From: Kiritimatiellia bacterium
Lineage (GTDB): Bacteria; Verrucomicrobiota; Kiritimatiellia; RFP12; UBA1067
Reading direction: 5' to 3'
DNA: 64,000 bases
Assembly (NCBI GenBank): GCA_050949565.1
Contig: JBMNFY010000017.1
Span: forward strand, 1,888,001 to 1,952,000
Shown here piece by piece: positions 14,663 to 25,128 of the stretch. The notes beneath the pieces were generated by a model. That model had not been told where the DNA came from and did not search any database. It saw nothing but the letters and a program-made list of their open reading frames with translations. Numbering within the stretch: position 1 is the first letter of the stretch; every line of letters begins with the position of its first letter. Both the position numbers and the translations under genes were made by a program.

Positions 14663-15289
14663 TTAGAAGTAACAGTTGATGATTGGCAGGAAAGGGACGT
14701 CCTTGTTTTGGATCACATTGACCACGCCGATCTGAAAACCGATCATTTCGCGCGCGATGTTGATCACGCCGATCTGGCAGCCCTTGATAAAATCAGAACC
14801 GTTGAAAACGCCGATCTGCAACGCCTGCGCCGTGGATTGCGGTTTCGCCGCGCCATAGTTGACCGCACCGATCTGCCAGCCGTCGTAAGAGCCGGAGACA
14901 TAGTTCACCGGCGCAATCTGCAGGCCCAGCCCCTCGCCGTCCACGATATTGGCGAGCAGTGCCACCTGCAAGCCGTTGCCGTGTCCCCGTGCCCGCCCGA
15001 CCGTACTGATATCGAAGCCGTCGAAATTCTGGCACTCGCCATAGATCGCGTTGATCCGCAGTCCGCCGACATCGAAGTTGCTGGACGGCACCTGCAGCGG
15101 CGTCACGATGCTGAACATAAAGGGCGTGTACGGATACACGGAGGTGTCTACATCCGCTGTGGGTGCGGCCGCCGCCGTAGCCGCAGACGAAGACGAAGAC
15201 GAAGACCTGATCAACGTTGACGTCTGCTGCGCTAACGCCGCGCCGCCGACCGTGATCCCTAACATCCATACGATGAACTGTCTTTTCAT
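14663..15289 (-). CDS. LA_2272-type surface repeat protein
   Basis: Signal peptide, repeated GxQI(G/A)xxN units, C-terminal FLPIINCYF. Start at MKRQFIVW. Confidence 0.7.
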   Translation of the reverse strand: MKRQFIVWMLGITVGGAALAQQTSTLIRSSSSSSSAATAAAAPTADVDTSVYPYTPFMFSIVTPLQVPSSNFDVGGLRINAIYGECQNFDGFDISTVGRARGHGNGLQVALLANIVDGEGLGLQIAPVNYVSGSYDGWQIGAVNYGAAKPQSTAQALQIGVFNGSDFIKGCQIGVINIAREMIGFQIGVVNVIQNKDVPFLPIINCYF

Positions 15290-15462
15290 TTTGTGATCTC
15301 CTTTCATATCCGGCACGCGGCCCCGCCGCTCATGCCAAAACCTACCGTTTGATAGTGAGAGTAGTGTACGTGAAAACAACCGCGGGTTCAATTCAGAACT
15401 ATTACCTCTTTCCTGTTTGCCGCTAAACCGCTACCATGCCACGGTGTAATTGAGGAAGAAGC

Positions 15463-17394
15463 ATGAAGCGAATTGCGAGTATGTTGATGGCTGGCGCTTT
15501 GGGCTGGGCCGTTCAGGCCGCGCCGGTCGCAGTGATCCATGGAAATACGGCGGTACCCGCCGGTGAACGGCGTTTCGCGGCGTCGCTGGCGCGGCACGTT
15601 GAGCGCTGGTACCGCGAGGCGGGGGTCGAGGCGACGTTTTCCGATGATACTGACCTCGCTAAAGCTTTGGCGGGCAAGCGCGTCGCCGTGCTGGTCTATC
15701 TGGCGCAGCCGAACACCGCGCAGATGGCGGCATTGACAGCGCATGTGAACCGCGGCGGCAAACTAATCGTCTGCTACTCATCATCCCCCGCCCTGGCCGC
15801 GCTCATGGGCATGCAGACGGTCGGCTACCAAAAAGGCTCTACCGATGGCCGCTGGTCGCTGATGCGCTTCACGGAAGCACGCCCGCGCGGCGTCCCGGAG
15901 TCGATCCTGCAAACTTCGCAGAACCTCTTTCTGGTTCAGCCGCTGCCCGGCCGTTCGCATGTGCTGGCGTGGTGGCACGACCGTCAGGGGCGTAAAACTT
16001 CGGACCCCGCCTGGCTCGCCTCGCCCGGCGGCTACTGGATGACCCATGTGCTGCTGGCGGACGGCGATGCCGAAGCCAAAGGACGCCTGCTGCTGGCGCT
16101 CGCCGCGACCCACGACCCCTCGCTTTGGCAACCGGCGGCATCCAGCGTGTTGCGTCAGGCGCGTCTGATCGGCGGCGGACCCAATACGTTGCTTCAACGC
16201 GCCATGAATCTGCCCGACCTGACGCGGCGCACACGCGCGATCACGGCTACGCAGTCGATGCAGTACGCCGAGGCGGTGGCCCGTCAACGGCTCGCCGCCG
16301 GCCAAGGTTATGAGGCTTGGCTCGCCGCGAATGAACTCAAGTCGCGGATGTACGAGGTGTACGGGCTTTTGCAGGCTCCGCGCCACGGCGAGATCCGCGC
16401 GGTCTGGGATCACTCCGGCATGGGGCTCTATCCCGGCGATTGGCCGCGAACCTGCCAGTTGCTGAAAGATGCGGGCATCACCGACCTCTACGTCAATGTC
16501 GCGGGAGCGGCTTTTGCCCACTACGCCAGCGCCGTGCTGCCGCGTTCGCGCGTCTTCGACGAACAAGGCGACCAACTGGCCGCTTGCCTCGCAGCCGCCC
16601 GGCCGCTGGGGCTGCGGGTACACGCCTGGCTGCTCTGCTTCTCGACCGAGGGCGCCACTCAGGACCGCCTCGCGATCTTCGCCAAGCGCGGCTGGGTACT
16701 GACCCAGCCTGACGGCTCGCCGCGCCCCTGGCTCGACCCCGCCGTACCCGAAGTCCGCGCCTACCTCGATGCGGCCGTGCGCGAATTGGCGGTAAAATAT
16801 GCGACCCACGGCGTACACCTCGACTTTGTACGCTATCCGGACTTTGCATCGAGCCTCGGTCCGACCGTCAAGACGCGCTTCGAGCGGGCAACCGGCCGCC
16901 GCGCCGCCGATTGGCCCGAGGATGTCAAAAGCGGTCCGCTGCGCCAGCTCTTCATCCGTTGGCGCGCCGAGCAGGTCTCTGACTTTGTGCAGACTGCGCG
17001 CAAGACAGTCCGGCGCGGCGCGCCGGGCAAGCTCGTGACGGCTGCGGTCTTCGGCAAGTATCCCTCCTGCCTCGACGCCGTGGGACAAGACTGGGAGTCT
17101 TGGATCAACATCGGGCTGGTGGACTACGTGACGCCGATGAACTACACCGAGGATATGACCAAGTTCAACGAGTGGCTCGGCCAACAGACACGTACGCGGC
17201 AGCAAGCCCTCAAGGTGGTGCCCGGCATCGGTGTGACCGCCGCCGAAAGCCGGTTGGACGCGGCGCAGGTCATCGACCAGATTCAAGCCGCGCGCCGCGC
17301 GGAGTGTCCCGGCTTCGCGCTCTTCGACCTCGACACCACACTGCGTCAAGACATCCTGCCTATCCTGCGCATGGGCGTTACTGCGCCTAAATAA
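15463..17394 (+). CDS. Glycoside hydrolase-like 10 (GHL10/DUF187) protein
   Basis: Signal peptide, EIRAVW, RVHAW, WLDPAVPEV, GVHLDFVRYP, QDWESW, DYVTPMNY. Confidence 0.8.
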   Translation: MKRIASMLMAGALGWAVQAAPVAVIHGNTAVPAGERRFAASLARHVERWYREAGVEATFSDDTDLAKALAGKRVAVLVYLAQPNTAQMAALTAHVNRGGKLIVCYSSSPALAALMGMQTVGYQKGSTDGRWSLMRFTEARPRGVPESILQTSQNLFLVQPLPGRSHVLAWWHDRQGRKTSDPAWLASPGGYWMTHVLLADGDAEAKGRLLLALAATHDPSLWQPAASSVLRQARLIGGGPNTLLQRAMNLPDLTRRTRAITATQSMQYAEAVARQRLAAGQGYEAWLAANELKSRMYEVYGLLQAPRHGEIRAVWDHSGMGLYPGDWPRTCQLLKDAGITDLYVNVAGAAFAHYASAVLPRSRVFDEQGDQLAACLAAARPLGLRVHAWLLCFSTEGATQDRLAIFAKRGWVLTQPDGSPRPWLDPAVPEVRAYLDAAVRELAVKYATHGVHLDFVRYPDFASSLGPTVKTRFERATGRRAADWPEDVKSGPLRQLFIRWRAEQVSDFVQTARKTVRRGAPGKLVTAAVFGKYPSCLDAVGQDWESWINIGLVDYVTPMNYTEDMTKFNEWLGQQTRTRQQALKVVPGIGVTAAESRLDAAQVIDQIQAARRAECPGFALFDLDTTLRQDILPILRMGVTAPK

Positions 17395-17398
17395 GTAA

Positions 17399-18598
17399 TC
17401 AGTTTGCGACGAACTGGATGATGCGCGCGGCGTGCCCTCCGGCGCGCGTTTCGCCTGATACCCGCAACGTCAGAGTGTGTGCGCCTTCTGCGGCGTCCAC
17501 TGTGAACATCACCGTGCGCGGATAGTGCAGCCCTTTGCTGTAGGCGTGGTACAGTTCAACCTGCCGGAAGGGGCCGCCGTCGATACTCGCCTCGACGATG
17601 CCTGCGTCGGGGCCGGCCACGACATACGCGCCTACCGCGCGCCCTTCGAACGTCAGCGTGAGTTCCGCGCCGGGCGTTTCGGCACACAGCATCGGCAGCG
17701 CCGTGAAGCGTGCGCGCTTGCTGCCCGGAATCGATTGCCAATCCGGCACGCCCAACGTCCATCCCTGCTTCACCTTCGCCGTCGCCGGATCGATGAAACG
17801 TCCTGCGGCGTAGTTCAGCGGATCAAGCGGCGTCAACGGCACTGGGCGCGGCGTTTTCGCAACCTCTTTGGGCAGAGATGCGGACCATGCGCGGTTGAAG
17901 AGTTCATCAATCATGCGGGCACAGAGGGTGTTGCCCTGTAGCGACGGATGCACGCCCCCGTACTGCTGCCAAGTCAGCGTACCGGCCGTGATTCGCGTCG
18001 CAACCTCTTTGGCCAAGTGGATGGTGGGCACCGCGTACGCCTCAGCCACCGCTGTATGCGCCGCGACCGTCAACGGCGTTTCACCTTTCTGCAGCGTGCT
18101 CAACATGCCTTCGTTGAGAAAGAAGGTCATCACGATATCCATGTCGGGGTACGCCTGCCGCGCGTGGCGGATGATCCCCTCCATACCGCGGATACATGCG
18201 TCGCGCGTATGGTGCGCGTCCTGATCGTCATTCACCGCGAACTCCACGAAGAGCAGATCGACCGGCCCCTGCCCGAGCACATCGGTGCCGAGGCGGAACG
18301 CGCCGGTGGTCGAGCAGGTCGAGGAGATACCGGCGTCGATAAACTTAAACACGGTCTTCGGGAAACGGCGTTGCAAGATTTCGCAGACCAGCGGCCGGTA
18401 GCCGTTCATCTCGGTGATCGAGCCGCCCAGAAACGCCACGGTGCCCCGACCCTCGCGCTCAAAGGCGATGCGCGCGTTCCGAAAGTCACCGCGCAAATGA
18501 ACGTTGTCGCCGAACTCCGCCGCCGTTGCACAGGCCGTGCTCAACACTGCCGCCGCACACATCCCCAAACGCTTTACCATCTGAAACATCGCTTTCAT
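17399..18598 (-). CDS. SGNH/GDSL hydrolase (carbohydrate esterase-like)
   Basis: FLGGSITE, VEFAVND, GVHP. A signal peptide follows MKAMFQ. Confidence 0.8.
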   Translation of the reverse strand: MKAMFQMVKRLGMCAAAVLSTACATAAEFGDNVHLRGDFRNARIAFEREGRGTVAFLGGSITEMNGYRPLVCEILQRRFPKTVFKFIDAGISSTCSTTGAFRLGTDVLGQGPVDLLFVEFAVNDDQDAHHTRDACIRGMEGIIRHARQAYPDMDIVMTFFLNEGMLSTLQKGETPLTVAAHTAVAEAYAVPTIHLAKEVATRITAGTLTWQQYGGVHPSLQGNTLCARMIDELFNRAWSASLPKEVAKTPRPVPLTPLDPLNYAAGRFIDPATAKVKQGWTLGVPDWQSIPGSKRARFTALPMLCAETPGAELTLTFEGRAVGAYVVAGPDAGIVEASIDGGPFRQVELYHAYSKGLHYPRTVMFTVDAAEGAHTLTLRVSGETRAGGHAARIIQFVAN

Positions 18599-18744
18599 GT
18601 CTCCTCCTGCCGCATATCGTAACAAGCGCGACAAGATGCGGCAAGGTCGGCGATGCGCTGTAACCCATCGACAGGGAGGCGTGGGCATGGTACTCTCATG
18701 CGGTGTTTGGATCATACTGACCGGCCATCCGGGAGAGGGGGAGA

Positions 18745-21594
18745 ATGAAAAATTGGACTTTGGGAGTCGTTTTGCTGATCGCCTGCGGCGCTATGGCCGC
18801 ACCGAAACAAATTTCTGGCATCTACCCGCACCTCACGATGTATAACAATGAGGGCGAGTGCGGTACCGGGGCGGTCGTGCCATGGGCTGACCGGCTGTGG
18901 GTCATCACGTATGGCCCGCATAGCCCGCTGGGCTCCAGCGATAAACTGTATGAGATCACTCCCGCTCTGGAACAGATCATCCGTCCCGAAAGCGTGGGCG
19001 GCACCCACGCGAACCGCATGATCCATCTAGAGAGCCAGCAACTCAACCTCGGCTCCTACTTCATCGACAAGGAGCGCAACGTGCGCGTGATCGCGCCGCG
19101 AGCGATGCCGGGACGCCTGACCGGTAGCGCGCGCCATCTGAGCGACCCGGTCAACAAGCTCTACATCGCCACGATGGAGGAGGGGCTTTACACCGTCGAT
19201 GTCCGCACCCTTGCCGTTGAAGAGCACATCAAGGACGGCAACGGGCAACCGCGTGTCGGCAAGGGCATCGACTCCAAGCTACCGGGCTATCATGGCAAGG
19301 GTCTCTACTCCGGCCAAGGTTTTCTGGTCTACGCCAACAATGGCACGCAAGGCAAAGATGCCATGGCGCGGCCCGACATCCCGGCCGGTGCATTGGGCGT
19401 CTGGCAGGGCGAGGGCGACTGGAAGCTTGTCCGCGAGAACCAGTTCACCGAAGTCTCCGGCCCCGGTGGCATTACCGGCAACCCCAATCCCGACACCGAT
19501 CCGATCTGGTCGATGGGCTGGGACTACCGCTCGCTGATCCTGGTGCTGTTGGAGAACCGTCAGTGGTACGCCTACCGCTTGCCGAAGGGCAGCCACTCCT
19601 ATGACGGCGCGCACGGCTGGAACACCGAGTGGCCGCGCATCCGCGAGATCGGCGAAAAGGATCTGCTGGCGACCATGCATGGCACCTTCTGGCGCTTCCC
19701 GGCCACCTTCTCGCGCCAACGTTCCGCAGGCATCGCCCCGCGCTCCAATTATCTCAAAGTGATCGGTGACTTCGCGCGCTGGAACGACCGCGTGGTCTTC
19801 GGGTGCGATGATTCGGCGCAAAAAGAATTCATGAACGTCCGCCCCTTCAAATCGGCGCGCGGCGCTCCGGTGCAATCCAACTCCAACCTCTGGTTTGTCG
19901 ATCCCGCGCGGATCGACCGCCTCGGGCCGGCCATCGGCCGCGGTTCGGTCTGGCTGCGCGACACGCTCGCCGCCGGTCAGGTGAGTGATCCGTTTCTCTT
20001 CGACGGTTACGACTATCGCATGTTGACCTTCTGCCACGCCAATCCCGAACCGGTGACCTTCACGCTGGAGATCGACCGCGCGGGCAACGGGAGTTGGGAG
20101 AAGTTGCGCAGCTTCACGGTCGACCGTGCGCTCATTCATCTGCCGACCGATGCCGAACGTGGCGCTTGGGTGCGGGTGCGCGTCGATGTCGCCGTCAAAT
20201 CGGCCACCGTACACTTCCACTACCGCAACAAAGACCCGCGTGGTCCGGCCAACGCGCCGATCTTTGACGCTCTCGCCAAGGTCGGCGAAACGTCGCGCAC
20301 ACGCGGCGTGATCCGCAGCAACCGCACCGTGCTGAGCATGCTCGATGATGGTCGCTACTATGAGTTGAACAACCGTTTGGAACTCACCGCGACCGAATCG
20401 ACGACAGGCGCGACACTGGTCGCCGAGGGTGCGCAGCCCGAGAGCGGTATCCGTTTCGATGACGCCTCCCTGATCGTCGTTGAAGATGGTAAAACCTATC
20501 GTCTGCCCAAAAACCCTGCCTATGCGCTACCGCCCGCGTCGGCACCGCAAGACACGCAACGGCCGACCCTTGAGGCGCTGTTGCCACGGAGTCTGGCAAA
20601 AGGTGCCGCGGCCACGGCCAGCTCGGTTCATCAAGCCTATCAAGCGGCCTTTGCCGTCGACGGCGTGTTCGACGACGATTCGCGCTGGATCGGCGTCGGT
20701 CCCGGCAGTTGGCTCGCGCTCGACCTAGGTGCGCCCAAGACGTTCCGCAGTGTCTTCGTGGCTACCGGCTGGAAGCGTGAAACGATCTACGCTGTGCGCG
20801 ATTTCGATGTGCAGGTCAAACGCGGCACGACTTGGCAGACTCTGCCCGGCGGTGAGATCCGTGGCAACGCCGCTACGGTTGTCGGCGTGCGTCTGACTGA
20901 ACCAGTGACCGCGCAAGAGGTACGTGTGCTTATCAAGGACGCAGGATATACGCGTATCTATGAGGTCGCACTTTTCGAAGATCAGCCCGAGTTGCGTGAC
21001 ACTGACGCCTCGCGTCTGACCCACGCTCGCGTCTGTCGCGAGGTTGCGACTGAGCGCGACCTCTTCAACATTCACGGCACCTTCTACGAACTGCCGGCCC
21101 GTAATGCGCAGGGGTTCGCCAAGATCCGTCCGATCGCGACGCACAATCTCGCGATCCACGACTACGCCTCGCACTTCGGCATGCTCTTCCTCACCGGTCT
21201 CCGCGATACGCAAGCCGGCGAACGTGTCTTGGCCAGCGCCGATGGAAAGAGTGCCGTCTGGGCCGGCGTGGTCGACGACTTGTGGCAACTGGGCAAGCCG
21301 CGCGGTGAGGGCGGTGTGTGGGCGCGTACCGCCGTGAAGGCGGGTGTCCCTTCTGATCCCTATCTGATGACCGGCTACGACCAGAAGAGTGTGCGCTTGC
21401 TGAGTACTGCCGATGCCCGCATCACGTTGGAGATCGACATCGACGGCACGGCACTGTGGGTACCTTACCAAACTTTCACGCTCAAGGCCGATGAAGCGCA
21501 GACCCACCGTTTCCCGGAGGGCTTCTCCGCTTACTGGGTACGCGCCGTCAGTTCATCCGACACCACGGCTACCGTACTGTTCTCTTACGAATAA
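18745..21594 (+). CDS. Large secreted uncharacterised protein with inserted F5/8 type C (CBM32-like) domain
   Basis: Signal peptide, beta-rich body, discoidin motif ASSVH...AVDG...SRW...WLALDLG. Confidence 0.65.
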   Translation: MKNWTLGVVLLIACGAMAAPKQISGIYPHLTMYNNEGECGTGAVVPWADRLWVITYGPHSPLGSSDKLYEITPALEQIIRPESVGGTHANRMIHLESQQLNLGSYFIDKERNVRVIAPRAMPGRLTGSARHLSDPVNKLYIATMEEGLYTVDVRTLAVEEHIKDGNGQPRVGKGIDSKLPGYHGKGLYSGQGFLVYANNGTQGKDAMARPDIPAGALGVWQGEGDWKLVRENQFTEVSGPGGITGNPNPDTDPIWSMGWDYRSLILVLLENRQWYAYRLPKGSHSYDGAHGWNTEWPRIREIGEKDLLATMHGTFWRFPATFSRQRSAGIAPRSNYLKVIGDFARWNDRVVFGCDDSAQKEFMNVRPFKSARGAPVQSNSNLWFVDPARIDRLGPAIGRGSVWLRDTLAAGQVSDPFLFDGYDYRMLTFCHANPEPVTFTLEIDRAGNGSWEKLRSFTVDRALIHLPTDAERGAWVRVRVDVAVKSATVHFHYRNKDPRGPANAPIFDALAKVGETSRTRGVIRSNRTVLSMLDDGRYYELNNRLELTATESTTGATLVAEGAQPESGIRFDDASLIVVEDGKTYRLPKNPAYALPPASAPQDTQRPTLEALLPRSLAKGAAATASSVHQAYQAAFAVDGVFDDDSRWIGVGPGSWLALDLGAPKTFRSVFVATGWKRETIYAVRDFDVQVKRGTTWQTLPGGEIRGNAATVVGVRLTEPVTAQEVRVLIKDAGYTRIYEVALFEDQPELRDTDASRLTHARVCREVATERDLFNIHGTFYELPARNAQGFAKIRPIATHNLAIHDYASHFGMLFLTGLRDTQAGERVLASADGKSAVWAGVVDDLWQLGKPRGEGGVWARTAVKAGVPSDPYLMTGYDQKSVRLLSTADARITLEIDIDGTALWVPYQTFTLKADEAQTHRFPEGFSAYWVRAVSSSDTTATVLFSYE

Positions 21595-21618
21595 ATGCCA
21601 TAAACACCAAACACAAGG

Positions 21619-21717
21619 AGACTCTTGCAAAACCCCTCGTGACATGGGCGTCTCGCCCATGAAACACGGGCAAGATGCCCGTGCCACACCTGCAAACAAA
21701 GGGTTTTACAAGAGTCT
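21619..21717. repeat. Palindromic REP/MITE-like element, copy 2
   Basis: AGACTCTTGCAAAACCC...GGGTTTTACAAGAGTCT around the two-hairpin core. Opposite orientation to copy 1. Confidence 0.9.
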
Positions 21718-21730
21718 TACAAGGTCAACT

Positions 21731-24124
21731 ATGAACGCTTCTCTTACACGTGCCTGTTTTATCATCGCCGCCGCATACGCCGCTACTGCTGCGCCGCTCG
21801 CCATTCCCAATGCGGGTTTCGAAGAGACTGAGAAGCCGGCTTGGACCCTTGCCGATGGCGGTATGAGTGTCATCACGGAAGCGGCGGCACGAACGGGCAT
21901 ACGCGGTCTGCGCGTCACGGACACCTCCGACAAAAAGGGCAGCAACTGCCGTTCCGCCCCGGTGCCGATCACCGCCGGCAAAACCTACGCGCTCTCCTTT
22001 TGGGGACGTGTGCTGGAAGGCGACGGCGCGGTCGGCGTCTACATACAGTTCGCTGACACGGATAGGCGCGTTCTCACCTCGCCCTCGCGCTACGGCGAGA
22101 TCATCCAGGCCATTCAGGGCGACAAGGGCGAGTGGCATGCTTTCACGCTCTGCGGACGTGCGCCGCCCGAGTCGGCGATGATGTGGGTCTGGGTGCACAG
22201 CTTCGTCGCCTCTCGCGGAATAGCCGACGTGGACGATTTTGCGCTCACCGAGTTGAGCGAGGCCGAGGCAGAGAAGATGCGTATCGAATCCCTGCGTACA
22301 TCGCGGAGCGGTTTCCCGCCGCCCGATCCTGCGCGCGTCGCGCAGATCGCCGCTTGGCTCGCGCCCGCGCCGCACGGTCTGGGACGTCCTGCCACCGATC
22401 GCGAGGCATGGGATCGTTTGACCGCATTGCCCGAAGCGGCCGCGCTGTTGCGTGAAGCGGAAAAGATCATGAACACGCCGCCGCCGGAGTTGCCCGACGA
22501 GCTTTACCTTGATTTCACCAACACCGGCAACCGCCGCAACTACGAACGGCCCTACGGTCAGCGTTCACAGCGTATCAGCACCTTGTTGCTGGCCGAGTGT
22601 CTGGAGAACAAGGGACGCTTTCTGCCGGCGCTTGAACGTGATGTGCTCGCAGTCTGCAACGAGCGAAGTTGGACCATGCCAGCGCATGATAGCAGCCTCA
22701 GCAATTTCAACGGCACGCGCCTGACCATTGACCTCGGTTCTTCCGCACGCGGCTGGCTGCTCGCCGAAGTGGATGCGTGGCTCGGTCACCGCCTCACGCC
22801 CGACGTGCGTACGCGGTTGCGCGACGAGGTTCGTCGGCGCGTGTTGGCGCCCTATCTGGACGTGGTGCGCAACGGCAACATCAACGGCAACTGGTGGATG
22901 CGCTGTGACAACAACTGGAATGCGGTCTGCTCCGCCGGTGTGGTTTGCTGTGCCTTGGCGTTGCTGGAGCCGCGCGAAGAACGCGCTTTGGTGCTGGCCG
23001 CCATGGAGTTCTCCAACCCCTTCTTCATCAGCGGTTTTACCGACGACGGCTATTGCAGCGAAGGCATGGGATATTGGAACTACGGGTTCGGCCATTACGT
23101 GATGATGGGGCTTGCCGTGCGTGCGGCTACTGGTGGTCGGCTTGATATTTTCACCGACGAGAAGCTGCCGCGCATCGCCGCGTATGCCAAGGGTTATCAG
23201 ATTCAGTCGGGCCGCTCACCTTGGTTCGCGGACGGTGGCGGTGCGCCGAGTCCCGGTGTCTGGGCGCTGCTCCGGCAGGTCTTTCCCGAGGCCGTGCCGA
23301 CCGACGTCCCTATGCCCGCGCTGCTGAAGGGCGACCACGCCACCATCGGGCTGCGGGCTTTCGGACAGGAGCCGCCGTGGACCGCTGTCGAGGATCGCCT
23401 GCCGATCCGTACCTACTTCCAAGACGCGCAAGTCCTGATTACGCGCTCCGGTGGCGCGACCAACGAGGTGCCGTTCGGTGCGGCCGTCAAGGGCGGGCAC
23501 AACGCCGAACATCACAACCACAACGACCTCGGCTCGTATGTCGTGGTACTCGACGGCGTCGAGATGTTGGGCGATCCCGGCGGTGAGACCTACACGCGCC
23601 GGACCTTCAGCCGCGAGCGGTATGTCAGCCCGATGCTGAACTCGTACGGTCACCCCGTGCCGGTGGTGGCGGGTCAACTCCAAGTGACCGGTCGACGCGC
23701 CGCCGCGCGTGTGCTGGAGACCGCATTCAGCGACACACGCGACCGCATCGAACTCGACATTGCGGCGGCATACGACGTGCCCGCGCTGACCGCGTTGAAA
23801 CGAAACTTCACGCATGACCGGACAGCGCGCGTGATCGAGATCAGCGACGAGGTTCGTTTCACGACGCCGCAGACATTCAGCGTGCCGCTCGTCACCTATC
23901 GCGATGTGACGCGTAAAGACGACACCACGCTGCATTTCCACGACAAAAAGCGTTGTGTCGAGGTGAAGATCGCTACCGAGGGCGGAACTTGGAAGTTGGA
24001 AGACGAGCAGCTTGAGAACCCCGGCAAGGCCTCGCCGCGCCGTCTGGCCGTGACCTTCGCCGCGCCTGTAACCTCTGCCCGCGTACGTATCACCATCACC
24101 CCCGTAGTCGGATTCAAACCCTAG
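21731..24124 (+). CDS. Heparinase II/III-like polysaccharide lyase with N-terminal CBM4_9-like domain
   Basis: IPNAGFEE, NNWNAVC, DGYCSEGMGYWNY, HNHNDLGS, DPG, NSYGHPVP. Start ATG at 21731. Confidence 0.78.
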   Translation: MNASLTRACFIIAAAYAATAAPLAIPNAGFEETEKPAWTLADGGMSVITEAAARTGIRGLRVTDTSDKKGSNCRSAPVPITAGKTYALSFWGRVLEGDGAVGVYIQFADTDRRVLTSPSRYGEIIQAIQGDKGEWHAFTLCGRAPPESAMMWVWVHSFVASRGIADVDDFALTELSEAEAEKMRIESLRTSRSGFPPPDPARVAQIAAWLAPAPHGLGRPATDREAWDRLTALPEAAALLREAEKIMNTPPPELPDELYLDFTNTGNRRNYERPYGQRSQRISTLLLAECLENKGRFLPALERDVLAVCNERSWTMPAHDSSLSNFNGTRLTIDLGSSARGWLLAEVDAWLGHRLTPDVRTRLRDEVRRRVLAPYLDVVRNGNINGNWWMRCDNNWNAVCSAGVVCCALALLEPREERALVLAAMEFSNPFFISGFTDDGYCSEGMGYWNYGFGHYVMMGLAVRAATGGRLDIFTDEKLPRIAAYAKGYQIQSGRSPWFADGGGAPSPGVWALLRQVFPEAVPTDVPMPALLKGDHATIGLRAFGQEPPWTAVEDRLPIRTYFQDAQVLITRSGGATNEVPFGAAVKGGHNAEHHNHNDLGSYVVVLDGVEMLGDPGGETYTRRTFSRERYVSPMLNSYGHPVPVVAGQLQVTGRRAAARVLETAFSDTRDRIELDIAAAYDVPALTALKRNFTHDRTARVIEISDEVRFTTPQTFSVPLVTYRDVTRKDDTTLHFHDKKRCVEVKIATEGGTWKLEDEQLENPGKASPRRLAVTFAAPVTSARVRITITPVVGFKP

Positions 24125-24131
24125 ACAACGA

Positions 24132-25034
24132 ATGAAAAAACGTGCACCACTCAAACTCTCTTTTGACTACATGGACACTGCTGAGCGGCGTGTCCTCTCG
24201 CTCGAAGATGACGGCTTGTTTTGTCTGCCCGTCATCGGTTTTGACAATTACCGCAAAAAATGGCAACAGGCCGCGCTTCATGTCCATGAAGAGTGTCTTG
24301 AGATAACCTTATGTCTGCGCGGCGACTTGGAGTTTGAGACCCGGAGCAAGACCTATCCGTTCAAACCCGGGAGCATCTTTGTTTCGGGGCCGAAGGACGT
24401 CCACCGCTTGAAGTCCTACCCCAAAGGCATGAGCAAGTACTGGCTCCTGTTCCGCATTCCGGGGCCGGATTGCCGACTTCTCGAATTGCCGCAAAAGGAG
24501 GCCCGGTCACTTGTTCATGATTTGACGCATCTCCCGAACCGTCTTTTCGCCGGGACAGATGAAGTCCAGCGTCTTTTCAAGAAACTGTTCCAGCAATACG
24601 ACACGCTGCCGGCCAAGACACCGGATCGGTCGTTGCGTCTGCGGTCAACGGCCCTGTCGCTTCTACTGGCGATCGTGGACGCGGCGTCTTCCCCGCCGCG
24701 CGAACGCCCCGAGGTACGGCTAGAGCGGATCATCGCGGAAATGCGCGCGCATCCCGAACGCTCATATCCGATTGATGTTCTTGCCGAAAAGGCCGCCCTC
24801 TCGCCAAACAGCCTTCTTACGCGCTTCAAACGTCTCACGGGGTCGCCGCCTCATGCGTTCCTGATCGCGCAACGCATTGCTCGCGCCAAGGAGATGCTGG
24901 CCGAAGATAAACCGATCTCCCTCATTGCGGATCAACTCGGCTTTTCATCCCCGCAACACTTTTCCAGCCTGTTCAAAGAGATCACCGGGCATACACCTTC
25001 TAAATGGCGGATGTACAGAAAATCACCGAAGTGA
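24132..25034 (+). CDS. AraC family transcriptional regulator
   Basis: Cupin motif LHVHEECLEI and C-terminal HTH IADQLGFSSPQHFSSLFKEITGHTPSKWR. Confidence 0.92.
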   Translation: MKKRAPLKLSFDYMDTAERRVLSLEDDGLFCLPVIGFDNYRKKWQQAALHVHEECLEITLCLRGDLEFETRSKTYPFKPGSIFVSGPKDVHRLKSYPKGMSKYWLLFRIPGPDCRLLELPQKEARSLVHDLTHLPNRLFAGTDEVQRLFKKLFQQYDTLPAKTPDRSLRLRSTALSLLLAIVDAASSPPRERPEVRLERIIAEMRAHPERSYPIDVLAEKAALSPNSLLTRFKRLTGSPPHAFLIAQRIARAKEMLAEDKPISLIADQLGFSSPQHFSSLFKEITGHTPSKWRMYRKSPK

Positions 25035-25128
25035 TATTTAATCCCTCGGCTTGCCTTTGTCGATTTATACTTGTGCCCTAATTACGTCGTGTTCTGTTTG
25101 TAAACTCACAACCGAAAGGAGACAGAAG

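Noticed and set aside
15781-17349. Long antisense or alternative-frame ORFs (also 50129-51535, 57075-58481, 60945-62132, 62016-63689)
   Set aside because: Shadow ORFs of high-GC genes: Arg/Pro/Gly-rich with no recognisable motifs.
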